Assembly (NCBI GenBank): GCA_026023565.1
Contig: JAPETS010000002.1
Span: forward strand, 248,001 to 312,000
Direction of reading: 5' to 3'
DNA from: Cirrosporium novae-zelandiae
Taxonomy: Eukaryota
Length of the DNA: 64,000 nt
Shown here: in pieces, positions 27,755 to 37,602 of the stretch
Numbering within the stretch: the first letter of the stretch is position 1
How the letters are laid out: each line of letters opens with the position of its first letter
Program-made: the position numbers and the translations under genes
The notes under the pieces: generated by a model
What the model was told of the DNA's origin: nothing
What the model saw: only the letters and a program-made list of their open reading frames with translations
The model's database searches: none

Positions 27755-27911
27755 GCTCCTATAGCTCAGTTGGTAGAGCGCAGCACTAGTACCAAGCCTA
27801 TCCAAGCAAAAAGCAAAATGCTGAGGTCTTCAGGTAAGCAAAAGAAAAAGAAAATATACAAGTTAGCATATTCTAATGAGATATTCATTAGTTCAAATCT
27901 GAATGGGAGCA
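27755..27911 (+). tRNA. tRNA-Thr(AGT) with two introns: canonical 37/38 intron (27792-27817) and a spliceosomal-type GT-AG intron in the T-arm (27834-27891)
   Basis: Exons 27755-27791, 27818-27833 and 27892-27911 give GCTCCTATAGCTCAGTTGGTAGAGCGCAGCACTAGTA-ATGCTGAGGTCTTCAG-TTCAAATCTGAATGGGAGCA (73 nt). Acceptor GCTCCTA/TGGGAGC, D-stem GCTC/GAGC, anticodon stem CAGCA/TGCTG, T-stem TTCAG/CTGAA, T-loop TTCAAAT. Confidence 0.88.
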
Positions 27912-27938
27912 AAAAAATATTCACGATTGTGATTTATC

Positions 27939-27945
27939 TTTTTTT
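27939..27945 (+). terminator. Pol III oligo(dT) terminator downstream of tRNA-Thr
   Basis: T7 run about 28 nt after the discriminator base. It is the first run of four or more T after the tRNA start. Confidence 0.6.
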
Positions 27946-28196
27946 GGGGGAGAGCTCGCTTAGTTGAGTTTAGCCCTAATTTGTTTGGGAAGTTGTGGGT
28001 TAGGGCTAGTTAGTGAATAGGAGCTTCTTCTTTTTTCGTTTCTAGGGAGTTTGTTGGGTTTGTAGGGAAGTTTGTGAGATGGGCGAATAGATGATATAAT
28101 TATTGAATCATTTCCTACCTCGCATACACCCACCCCCAAATCTTCCGACTCCCATCACACCTTCAACAGAAGAGGGCCTCGCACCTCTTTCGATCA

Positions 28197-28271
28197 GGTC
28201 GGTTGGTGTAGTTGGTTAATCGCATCTGTCTAACACACAGCAGGTCTCTAGTCCAGTCCTTGAATCGATCG
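28197..28271 (+). tRNA. tRNA-Val(AAC), with a degenerate T-arm (probable pseudo-tRNA)
   Basis: GGTCGGTTGGTGTAGTTGGTTAATCGCATCTGTCTAACACACAGCAGGTCTCTAGTCCAGTCCTTGAATCGATCG. Acceptor GGTCGGT/ATCGATC and anticodon loop CTAACAC are intact. The T-loop reads TCCAGTC rather than TTCRANY, and the T-stem has a mismatch. Confidence 0.7.
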
Positions 28272-28559
28272 CTGATTAGGGATTTTTGGGTGCGTTCTTT
28301 ACCTTTTGGGAAGTGAAGAACTTTTTTATATCGGAGGCCCGCAGGGGATAGCTTATTCAATCAATTGGTATTATTATCCATAACAGTAGTATACTTTAAT
28401 AGAATATCCACCGTACTGGCCATTCCATTCATTTGACTCCCGTTAACATCATGTGATATCACAAAGTAGGTAGACAATCAGCCGTGGGGCTGAGGACCCT
28501 CGTCATGATCTTGATACGCCTATAACTCCATGGTAATTTTCCAGGTATTCATCGTGTTT

Positions 28560-31500
28560 TTAACCCCTGGCAACCCCTTCCACGAATCCTAGTGCCTCTT
28601 CCATGCTGACCCTCTCAACCTTGCTGGCCTTCCCCGCATAAACGACCCCGTAGCACTTCCCGGCACTCCTTACCATCTCCGGTCTAAATGTCGTGCAGAT
28701 AAACTGGCTCTTCTGCCCGCTCGCATCTCCCTTCTCCGAAATCTCGGCTAACAGATCTGCCACCGCTTGGCGGTACTGCGAGTCAAGAGCGGCATCGATT
28801 TCATCAAAGAGATAAAAGGGCGCGGGATCGCAAGCTTGGATGCTGAAGATGAGGGTTAGAGCACAGAGAGACTTTTGTCCGCCGGAGAGGGCCTGGATGC
28901 GGAGGGGAGCAGAGGTAGGGGAAAAGGAAACGGAGATGCCGATGCCAATGTAGTTGTCCACCGAACTTTTATTGCCTTCTTCGTCATCGGATTCCTCTTC
29001 TCCCGCAGCAGCCGCGCGGTCTTTGTCGATTTTCCTTTGAATGACAAGACGCCCAGAACCCTGGGGTACCAGGCGTTGGAATATTCGGCTGAATTCTTTA
29101 GAGACTTGCTTGAAAGTTCGTTCGATAGCTTCGTCTTTTCTTTGATCTAGCACGCTGATAAGCTCTCTGATGCTGTCTTGACTTTTATCCAGCTCCTCTC
29201 TCCTTCCCATAAGCGTCTCACGCTGCCGAGTGAAATTTTGATATTGTTCAAACGCCTTCTTGTTGACAGACCCATACTTTTTCAGAGCAGCGCTGACAGC
29301 ATGAAGGCGCTTGACAAGGGTATTGGAAGATGCGCTCGTGAACCTTGTGAATGCTTCTTCAGGAAGGACACCAAGAGCACGAATGTTGGCGGCACAAGTG
29401 GCTGCTGACGCTGCGAGAACGGCACGTTTTTGTGTTGACTTCTCAAGTAATCTTTGATGGCGCGATATTTGCTTGGCGAGGTTTTCTTGACCAGTGCGGA
29501 GATTGGAGATTTGGGATTCGAGGTCGTGAACTTGGGTAATTTGTGACTCAATTTGGGCTGTGAGATCTGAGAGCTTCGATTCAGTGGTGTTAAGGCTTTT
29601 GGTAAGACGCTTGAGAAGACGTTCTGCGTCACGGACCGATGTTCGAGAGGAAGTAGGGCTGGTTGGATCATCATCATCGGCACCACCATCTTCTTCCGCA
29701 GTAGTAAGAGCCTCAAGGCGAGGTTGCAAGTTTTCACGAAGTTCGACCTCCAGGACGGATTTCTGGGTTTCGAGATCGGAACGCGTCGAGGAAATGGTCG
29801 TATATTGTCGGCGAAGGTCTTGCACTGCGACACTGAGACTTTCAAGTTGGGCTTCTTCCTCATTGCTGAGGGCTTTCTTGAAAGAGGTAGATAGTTCTTC
29901 TTCGTGTGCATTCTGCTGCTCACTCAAAGCACGAAGGTTAGAGTCGATATTCGCAAGAGCGCGATGTTTGGCTTCCAATGCATCCTCTTTCGTATGTAGG
30001 GCATCGACCTTGGCTTTGAGCTCCTGCCGAAGAGGGAGATAACTGTTTTGGATTTGCTGACGTTTTTGCTCAAGTTTTTGAAGCTCTCCAACTGCGCGAG
30101 TAATTTCTTGATCCATGCGTTCCAAACTGCGACGGAGTTCAATACTACGGTTTCTAAGCGATTCGTATTCTTCGCGCCATTTGGAAACGTTACGAACGCC
30201 TTCTAGACGGGACGACCGAGGATCGTGGAAACCTCCCGTCAAGGCACCCTTCTTGTCTGATCGGTCGCCATCTGGAGTAATGGCATTGACACCATGACTC
30301 CGTGCATAGGTTGAGCAGACAGATAGATTCGGACAGATGATGGTTTTGCCAAAGACTTGTTGGAAAGCCTTGTCATATTTGACATCATATTGAAGCTTTT
30401 CAATCATTGGGAGGGCATCACCTGCTTTTGGGAGGTCTTGAGGCCTAGGTCGTAGCCGGTTCAAAGGCATGAATGTGATACGACCGGCCTTTTCCTTTTG
30501 CAATATCTCAAGAACCTTAGTTGCAGTGTCGTCATTATCCACCACGTAGTGGAAAAGACTGTTCCCGGCAGTAACCTCCACGGCAATTCGGAACCTCTCA
30601 TGAACCTCCACAAGTTCAGCCAAAGTACCGTAAACACCTTCCATATTGTACCGTTGTTTAATTCGACGAACAGCCGCTAAACCTCGGCTGGTATTCTGGT
30701 CCATCATATGTGATAAGGCTCGGTCCGCTTTATCGAGTTCTTGTTGAGCGTTTGCTATAACAGAATCGAGTTTGGCATCCTCACGCCACAGCTCCTTCCG
30801 CTGGTCCATCAAACGATCACGCTCATCCTTGGCACTTTGTACTTGAGTATCAAGAGATTGCAATGTCTCCGTTCTGCTATCCAATTGAGCTCGAAGCTGC
30901 TGTATTTCGCCTTCTCTATCCGTTTTCTCCTTTTCCAGTTCGGTAATATCATCGGTTGTCTGCATTCTGTTGGCCCGAACTTTGGCCACTGATTCATAGG
31001 TATTGTCAATCTCTTGTCTCAGCCACCCGTCTCTTTCAGCTTTGTTCCGAAATCTTGAATTACGGCCTTGTTTGGCATATAATCGCTGGCGAGTCGTCTC
31101 AGCCTCATCTAATTGAGCCTTGACAGATTCCTCCTCCTCTTTTCTGGCTTGAAATTGCGGAAGAATCTGGGCAAGCTCTGCCTCCCTCTGTTGTATCAAG
31201 TTCTGAACATTCTCAAGTTCCTGGTCACGTTGCACCTTCTTTTGATCTGCGGCTGATTGACCCTCTCGCAAGTTGTTCAACTGAAGCTCGGCTTTGGCTT
31301 TGGCTCGCGCATTCTCTTTTCGTTCGTCCTCAAGCTGGGCCTTGTCAACTTTGAGGAATTCCATTTGCTGTTTAAGCTCGGAGATTTCTCCATTGATCCG
31401 GGCCATTTCTTTTTCATTCTGAATGAACTGGTCTCGATTATCGTCAGTGTCGTCCACACCAGTCTGGCGCTTTTCATCCAATTCATCTAGAGCCCTTTGA

Positions 31501-32204
31501 ATCTCTTCTTGTTCCCGAACATAAATAGTGTATTCTAAGCATCTCCGTTCTCGATCTTTCTCTTGATAGGTCCTAAGCTCATCTTTCTCTTCTTCTAGTT
31601 CACCGAGACGTTCATTAATATAGGCCAAGAGTTCATCAATCTTTGCTCGTTTATTTGAAGTATCTCCCATAATTTTCAAACTTTCGGCCCGTCTAGCTTC
31701 ATAGACTTGAGTCCCTGCTACTTCCTTAAGTAGATTGAGGCGTTCCGTATCTTTCATGTTCGTCAATGTCGTAACACGTCCTTGCGGGACTATGTAGTAA
31801 GGATTCGATCGGGAAAAGCCTGCAGATTCTAGTAGATTCATTACATCGGCTTTGGTCGCATTTTTGCGATCCAAGGAGTATTCATCTTTCTTGAGACCAA
31901 TGGTTCGTCGTAGCACCACCTCGTCTCTGCCGGTCGGAAAACGCTCGTCTGAATTATCGAATATGATCTCCACATAGGCTGACATGACAGCAGAACCGGA
32001 TCCCTCGTGAAGTAAACCCTGTCTCTCTTCGCGGTTCATCTGGGTGTAGGCATCGCTGAGAACGAAACGAATGGCGGCGAAGAAATTACTCTTCCCAGAA
32101 CCGTTGCGTCCGACAATTACATTATTTTGGGGGGAAAAGGGCTCGATGACTGTTTGGTCTTTGTAGGACTTGAAGCCCTGAATGATGATTTGTTTGATAT
32201 ACAT
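28560..32204 (-). CDS. SMC3: Cohesin subunit SMC3 (SudA/Psm3), intronless
   Basis: MYIKQIIIQGFKSYKDQT, Walker A GRNGSGKSN, acetylation patch RRTIGLKKDEY, hinge GVYGTLAEL, signature LSGGQKS, Walker B FYLFDEIDAALD; 1214 aa. Confidence 0.98.
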   Translation of the reverse strand: MYIKQIIIQGFKSYKDQTVIEPFSPQNNVIVGRNGSGKSNFFAAIRFVLSDAYTQMNREERQGLLHEGSGSAVMSAYVEIIFDNSDERFPTGRDEVVLRRTIGLKKDEYSLDRKNATKADVMNLLESAGFSRSNPYYIVPQGRVTTLTNMKDTERLNLLKEVAGTQVYEARRAESLKIMGDTSNKRAKIDELLAYINERLGELEEEKDELRTYQEKDRERRCLEYTIYVREQEEIQRALDELDEKRQTGVDDTDDNRDQFIQNEKEMARINGEISELKQQMEFLKVDKAQLEDERKENARAKAKAELQLNNLREGQSAADQKKVQRDQELENVQNLIQQREAELAQILPQFQARKEEEESVKAQLDEAETTRQRLYAKQGRNSRFRNKAERDGWLRQEIDNTYESVAKVRANRMQTTDDITELEKEKTDREGEIQQLRAQLDSRTETLQSLDTQVQSAKDERDRLMDQRKELWREDAKLDSVIANAQQELDKADRALSHMMDQNTSRGLAAVRRIKQRYNMEGVYGTLAELVEVHERFRIAVEVTAGNSLFHYVVDNDDTATKVLEILQKEKAGRITFMPLNRLRPRPQDLPKAGDALPMIEKLQYDVKYDKAFQQVFGKTIICPNLSVCSTYARSHGVNAITPDGDRSDKKGALTGGFHDPRSSRLEGVRNVSKWREEYESLRNRSIELRRSLERMDQEITRAVGELQKLEQKRQQIQNSYLPLRQELKAKVDALHTKEDALEAKHRALANIDSNLRALSEQQNAHEEELSTSFKKALSNEEEAQLESLSVAVQDLRRQYTTISSTRSDLETQKSVLEVELRENLQPRLEALTTAEEDGGADDDDPTSPTSSRTSVRDAERLLKRLTKSLNTTESKLSDLTAQIESQITQVHDLESQISNLRTGQENLAKQISRHQRLLEKSTQKRAVLAASAATCAANIRALGVLPEEAFTRFTSASSNTLVKRLHAVSAALKKYGSVNKKAFEQYQNFTRQRETLMGRREELDKSQDSIRELISVLDQRKDEAIERTFKQVSKEFSRIFQRLVPQGSGRLVIQRKIDKDRAAAAGEEESDDEEGNKSSVDNYIGIGISVSFSPTSAPLRIQALSGGQKSLCALTLIFSIQACDPAPFYLFDEIDAALDSQYRQAVADLLAEISEKGDASGQKSQFICTTFRPEMVRSAGKCYGVVYAGKASKVERVSMEEALGFVEGVARG

Positions 32205-32340
32205 GGCGAAATGATGGCTTTTTCAGGAGGTCTTTAACGATTGGGGGCGGTCGGTTAGACTAGGAATGTCATGATATGAGGAAAACCATTCAATATTGCG
32301 ATAGTGAGGTTGAGTTAGTTTCCCGAAGCTTCAACTTGCG

Positions 32341-32346
32341 ACGCGT
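32341..32346. promoter_or_regulatory. MCB element ACGCGT in the SMC3/RIO1 divergent promoter
   Basis: Exact MluI box about 140 nt upstream of the SMC3 ATG, with a near-copy GGCGCGTT about 15 nt away. Cohesin genes are classic MBF targets in yeasts. Confidence 0.5.
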
Positions 32347-32506
32347 TCATATTGAATGGCGCGTTAGGGTTGCCAAGATTCTCGGGCCTACCTTATCGAT
32401 AGGCGAAGGCTGCCCAACGCTGTACCGACCTGCGCCTGTTGGAGAAATAATTAATTTCAAAGACTCATCATCTTTGACTTCAAATATCTTTTTTCCATCC
32501 ATTATT

Positions 32507-34219
32507 ATGTCTTCGCCCACCAACGACAACAAAGTTTCCGAGGGTCAAAGCCTTGTTGATGGCATAGCGCCACCAGATACATATGTTCCAAACCTTGGCT
32601 ATGTGAAAAGGTCTGATGAAGAGGGCGGGGTGTTGTTGCCACAACCCCAAGAAACCGCTGCAGAGGATGGAGAAGAGGAGGATGAAGACTATAATGATAT
32701 TTTCAACGAAGATGAAGAGCTAGATGTGACTGATCTGGCAGCCGCAAACCCTTCCGATTTCACAAAATCTTATAATCGCCATCGACGCCTCAACGAAGCA
32801 GCTTCTGACCCAAACGCTCCAAAATCTTCATACCCCAAGGCAAATCCCCAGAAACCCAGCGCAAATACCTTAGCTTCTATAGACGATCAGATCACCTCAC
32901 TATCTCGTCATGCTACTAAAATCAAGCTTGATGACGCGCAGTCTGGGCTTGCAGGCCCTCGCACCAAAACAGCAGATAAAAGTGATCGCGCGACGTCAGA
33001 ACAGGTTCTTGACCCTCGAACACGAATGATATTGCTACAAATGATCAACCGCAACATTGTTTCCGAAGTCAACGGTTGTATATCTACAGGTAAAGAAGCG
33101 AATGTTTACCATGCGCTCACAATTCCGCAAGAAGACCTCTCCTCCGATGAGGCACAGCTCCCTCTCCAGCGTGCAATAAAAGTCTACAAAACCAGCATTC
33201 TTGTCTTCAAAGACCGTGCCAAGTATGTCAGCGGCGAGTTTCGATTTCGATCTGGGTACAGCAAAAGCAATAATCGCGCAATGGTGAAATTATGGGCCGA
33301 GAAAGAAATGCGTAATCTCAAACGCATATATGCGGCTGGAATACCATGTCCTGAACCACTTCATCTACGCCTGCATGTCCTTGTCATGTCGTTCCTGGGG
33401 AACAACCGCGGAATTTCCTACCCCAAACTCAAAGATGCTGAGATAGTGGGCGAGAATGCCGACACAAAGTGGTATGCTTTGTATATCCAACTATTGAGTT
33501 ACATGCGGATCATGTTCCAAGTATGCAAACTAGTTCACGCCGATCTAAGCGAATACAACATATTGTACCATAAAGAGAAACTCTATCTCATAGACGTCAG
33601 TCAGTCGGTTGAACACGACCACCCACGGAGTTTGGAATTCCTTCGCATGGATATCAAAAATGTATCCGATTTCTTCAGGCGGAAAGGCGTGCAAACACTC
33701 TCTGGAAGCACCACCTTCTCCTTTGTCATAAACTCATCGGACCCTATTGACGTAGTAGGCATGAACGAGACATTGGACAAGCTGTACGAAAACAGAGGCG
33801 AAGATGAAAATGAGGAAGATGAGGAAGTTTTTAGGCAACAATATATCCCACAAACTCTGGAACAGGTTTACGACGCCGAGCGCGATACAGAGAACATAGC
33901 CCAGAATGGAACAAACGATCTTGTCTACCGCGATTTACTCGCAGATAAAATCGTACAGCCAAAGCCCGCAGAAGATGAAACCATTAGTGTAAGCAGCGAT
34001 ATCTCTGATAACAGCAACTTCAACTCAGAGGGGTCCGAAGGAGACGAGGATCTATTCAAGAAAAAGGCGCCGCGAGGGCGTAAACACGAAGATAAAACAG
34101 AGAAGCACGCCCATAAAATGGCTGTGAAGGAGGAGAAGCGTGAGAAGCGACAGAATAAGATGCCAAAGTACATCAAAAAGCAGCTGGTTAAGAGTACGGC
34201 TAGGCACAAAAAGTATTAG
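32507..34219 (+). CDS. RIO1: Atypical Ser/Thr kinase RIO1 (SudD); likely start at ATG 32507
   Basis: DKSDRATSEQVLDPRTRMIL, STGKEANVYH, LVHADLSEYN, IDVSQSVEHDHP and a basic C-terminal tail. Confidence 0.96.
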   Translation: MSSPTNDNKVSEGQSLVDGIAPPDTYVPNLGYVKRSDEEGGVLLPQPQETAAEDGEEEDEDYNDIFNEDEELDVTDLAAANPSDFTKSYNRHRRLNEAASDPNAPKSSYPKANPQKPSANTLASIDDQITSLSRHATKIKLDDAQSGLAGPRTKTADKSDRATSEQVLDPRTRMILLQMINRNIVSEVNGCISTGKEANVYHALTIPQEDLSSDEAQLPLQRAIKVYKTSILVFKDRAKYVSGEFRFRSGYSKSNNRAMVKLWAEKEMRNLKRIYAAGIPCPEPLHLRLHVLVMSFLGNNRGISYPKLKDAEIVGENADTKWYALYIQLLSYMRIMFQVCKLVHADLSEYNILYHKEKLYLIDVSQSVEHDHPRSLEFLRMDIKNVSDFFRRKGVQTLSGSTTFSFVINSSDPIDVVGMNETLDKLYENRGEDENEEDEEVFRQQYIPQTLEQVYDAERDTENIAQNGTNDLVYRDLLADKIVQPKPAEDETISVSSDISDNSNFNSEGSEGDEDLFKKKAPRGRKHEDKTEKHAHKMAVKEEKREKRQNKMPKYIKKQLVKSTARHKKY

Positions 34220-34920
34220 GCATCAAGAGAGCAAGAAACGAAAAAAAAGCAAGAGAGCAAGACAGCAAACGCTTGCCACGAAAAAAAGAAGAAACACAGG
34301 TAACGTTATGAAACATGGGTAAACGCGATCAACTGATATAGCGATGATTTTATGATGAGCATAAACATGGTGCTAAAGGGAGTTTTCCAGCAATGGACCA
34401 AAAAAAATGAACAGAACAATATATATATGTCATGTATAACCCATGGTACCTACCTGTCTCTTCAATATTTTCTACTCATACTTTCTTATGAAAAGAGTAG
34501 ATCATTCATTGGGTAGATATCCCAATATTCTCTATCTTTCTCTTTACAAGTTATTAGAAGGTAAGCCAACAAACACTCTTACCTAACTAAGCCAAAAGGA
34601 CGAGGGATGTCCGCTACTTAAGCGGATATCTAGTGTTAGGATATATAACTTGGCTGCGCCGTAACACAAATATTCCCTTCTTAAACCTCATCCCTCAAAC
34701 TACCTTCCCACCTTCACTCTTCCTCCCTGCAAAACTCGAAATGATGAGAAGCCCCGGACCCTACCCCGTCCACTCACCAAAATGCACGGCTATTCTATTC
34801 GTCTAGCATCGTGCATTATGGATGACCAAAGAGAGCTCTGATGATTTTTGCATATACATATACAAACAACAAGAAGAACAAAAAACAAATAGCAAAATAG
34901 CAAAATATTCCATAGATAGA

Positions 34921-34950
34921 AAAAGAAAGAAAGAAAGAAAGAAAGAAAGA
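34921..34950 (+). repeat. (AAAG)n microsatellite
   Basis: Read directly from the sequence. Confidence 0.85.
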
Positions 34951-36102
34951 AAAATCCTTCCCTTCCCATCCCCCTTCCCATCTATCTCACACCTATCTAT
35001 CCATTCATCTGTCCATCTCACCTCCTAGGCACTGGCACCCTTTCACCGCATCAAGCGTTCCAGTTCCGGTTTCAGCTCTACATCAATCCATCAATCCATC
35101 TCTACACCGACCCATCGCTCCATCAATCCATCAATCACGCAATCCGCATCCAAATCCACACAAAAACAAGAAGAGCAGAACCCAAAACAAAGCAAAACAC
35201 GTTTGATCGTGTTGTTGTCATTATTGCCAACCTGGCACGCGCCTACCACCACTGCCGCCAAGGAAATATGCTTTCCCTACAGGGGTAATGATGCAAACCG
35301 GATGTTTGAATTGCGAGATTTCTTTTTCGGAGATGCGTTGTTGGTTATGGTTATCTACGCTGCGCTGATTAATTAACTAATTCAATTGTGAGGTGATAGA
35401 TAGATGGTTGATGCGTTGTGTGATTGATGATTGCTGCCTGTTACTGCTTGCTGGCTGCTGCTGCCGCTGCTGCTTACCGCTGTAGGATTGCTTGATTCAC
35501 TGATTCACTGATTATGCCATTTTAGAATTTCTGTTGTTATTATGGGCAATCAATATACGGATAGATGTATCGTATTGTATTGGGTATGTATGAATTAAAT
35601 TAAAAAAAAAAAGGTGAGATAAAGATCTACAACCAAAATAAAGTAAATTATTTGTATGTGTATGTGTAATGTATGTGGCATGACTTCACACGTCGGGCCC
35701 CCGTGGTCATGCTTTGTCTGTCTAACTTTAGAGTAATGATAGGATAGGATAGGATTGGAACCAGTGATGAATGAAGAGCTTACACTTGTGTAAGTATGCA
35801 TAGATCGAAGCTTCTTCTCCTTCTTCTTCTTCTTCTTCGAGTGGCTCTTCTTCTTCCTTCCATCCTAAGCGTAAAAAAACAAACCAATTGCCATAATCCA
35901 TCCATAACCATATATCCCCCCTGCCATGACCCCATCCCCATAGGTCCACACAAACCAAAAGCCCTACTCCCACTCCCACTCCCCAAGTAACCCCCCGTTA
36001 AATTATTCCCCGGACCAATATATAACACCAGCCTATTATAAGTATATAATTCAGTATCCGAAACATAAAAAAACAATCAAACTCTTAGTCGAAGCTTTAG
36101 CC

Positions 36103-37602
36103 TCACATCTTCCCCTTCCTCTGCAACCTTCTAAAGGCACCTTCGATGACTCTTCCTTCTAAGTTGGGTAGCTCCTCTACCTGCCCCCCACCTTCTACCT
36201 TGTCCCCATTCTGTACGCCACCGCCATCCCCTTCCTGACTTACAGCCTTAATCTCGTATCTCCTTGGTCCCAGCACCAATCCAGGCCAAATATCAATTGG
36301 CAGAAAGTCTCCTCTATCTTGTTTGAAGCTCTCCCTTGCCGCTAAGTCATCCTCGTACAGTTTATCCACTTTGTTAAGGGCGTCTTGCAGTATCTTCTCC
36401 ATACGAGCCTGCACCTGCTTCCGTCTTGCGACCTCGATGATGAGCTCATCGTACGCAAAAGAAAAATCCTGAAAGAAATTACGCAGAGCATCCAGGTCGG
36501 ACATCAAGGTGGCTATTTCAGTTTTCTGCTCATTCCATGTAGTTGTAAAGGCACGGGATGCGGCGATGTAAGCAGGGACACGGCTACCGACTTGCGAAAG
36601 TAGGTTAAAAGCTTCCTTTGAGGATGCATAAATAGCGTCAATTTGATATTTATGTTGCAATACAAGCTCAAATTTTGTTTCCATTTCTCCGACGCGGTCG
36701 TGGATTTCAGCCACTACTTCATCAACTTCCAGGGCATCTTTTTCAAGCACGGCGAGCATTTCTTGGTGTTCAGCAGCCGTGATCAACTCGGGGGATGCAC
36801 AGGTTGTATTTACAGCAACGCCAGAGGGTAGGCCATCAATTATAGATTCTGCGGTTGCGATACCAGGTCCGCCTTCAGTGTGTTTCAGTGCAGTGACGCA
36901 AAGATCGTAGTGCTTGACAAGTGACTCGAGAAGAGAAGCAGCCTCTTGAGCGTGAAATTCGAGGGACGCAAGGAGAGAGGGGAGGGGACTGTGGAAGACT
37001 TCGGCGGCGGATGATGTCATGGCTTTGGAAAGAAGTTCGGCCTTGATGGCAGCTAAGTCATTAAAGAAGGTTGCATTGGAGGAGGCGAATGCACTGCTGG
37101 CATCGTTGGTTACATCAATGGAATGCTTAATGGCGGACGTGAGTTCTTCAACAGATTTCTCATCAACAAAATCAATGAGATGTTTCTGTTCTTCATTTGA
37201 TCGACGAAAAGAAGGCTCGACTGGGGTATTACGGAGTGCGTTCATTGTCTTTGTGAGGCGGGCTTCGGCAGCATCGAGGTCTTTGAGAACCATGACGAAT
37301 TCTTCCTGACCTTTAGTTGCGATGCCTTCGACACCAGTTTTGACTTTCTGAAGGACATGCATCTGCTCCTCAATTCCTTCTCTGACAAAGCCACTTCGGG
37401 CTTGAGTAATGACACTTTCTTCAACGGCATGTTGGGCTAAGGCACGAATTTCGTCGGCTCGCCAAACCGATTCGATTGCGGATAAGGAGCGTTTGGCTGA
37501 AAGAAGATGTTGAACTAAGGTATCGAGGGTAGGAGTCTGGGACATTTCAGCTGGTTGTTCTTCATCTTGACCTTGATGAAAGCTTTCTGATGAAGAAGAC
37601 AT
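36103..37602 (-). CDS. ATG17: Autophagy scaffold Atg17
   Basis: Helical 499-aa protein with LLSAKRSLS, LRNTPVEPSFR...KHLIDFVDE, LLESLVKHYDLCVTALKHTEGG, YDELIIEVARR and GDFLPIDIWPGL, matching Pezizomycotina Atg17 patterns. Confidence 0.88.
   Translation of the reverse strand: MSSSSESFHQGQDEEQPAEMSQTPTLDTLVQHLLSAKRSLSAIESVWRADEIRALAQHAVEESVITQARSGFVREGIEEQMHVLQKVKTGVEGIATKGQEEFVMVLKDLDAAEARLTKTMNALRNTPVEPSFRRSNEEQKHLIDFVDEKSVEELTSAIKHSIDVTNDASSAFASSNATFFNDLAAIKAELLSKAMTSSAAEVFHSPLPSLLASLEFHAQEAASLLESLVKHYDLCVTALKHTEGGPGIATAESIIDGLPSGVAVNTTCASPELITAAEHQEMLAVLEKDALEVDEVVAEIHDRVGEMETKFELVLQHKYQIDAIYASSKEAFNLLSQVGSRVPAYIAASRAFTTTWNEQKTEIATLMSDLDALRNFFQDFSFAYDELIIEVARRKQVQARMEKILQDALNKVDKLYEDDLAARESFKQDRGDFLPIDIWPGLVLGPRRYEIKAVSQEGDGGGVQNGDKVEGGGQVEELPNLEGRVIEGAFRRLQRKGKM

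Noticed and set aside
27770..27967. 65-aa ORF over the tRNA-Thr gene, raising the possibility that the GT-AG intron belongs to an mRNA
   Set aside because: It has a non-ATG start and no protein-like features, and the flanks fold as a tRNA. The 28163-28360 ORF antisense to tRNA-Val is likewise a shadow ORF.
32276..32506. N-terminal extension of the RIO1 ORF
   Set aside because: It overlaps the short bidirectional promoter shared with SMC3, and ATG 32507 is the more plausible start.
35287..35368. ATGATG...CTGA segment as a C/D snoRNA
   Set aside because: Box C is imperfect (ATGATGC), I recognised no rRNA guide, and the surrounding sequence is low-complexity.
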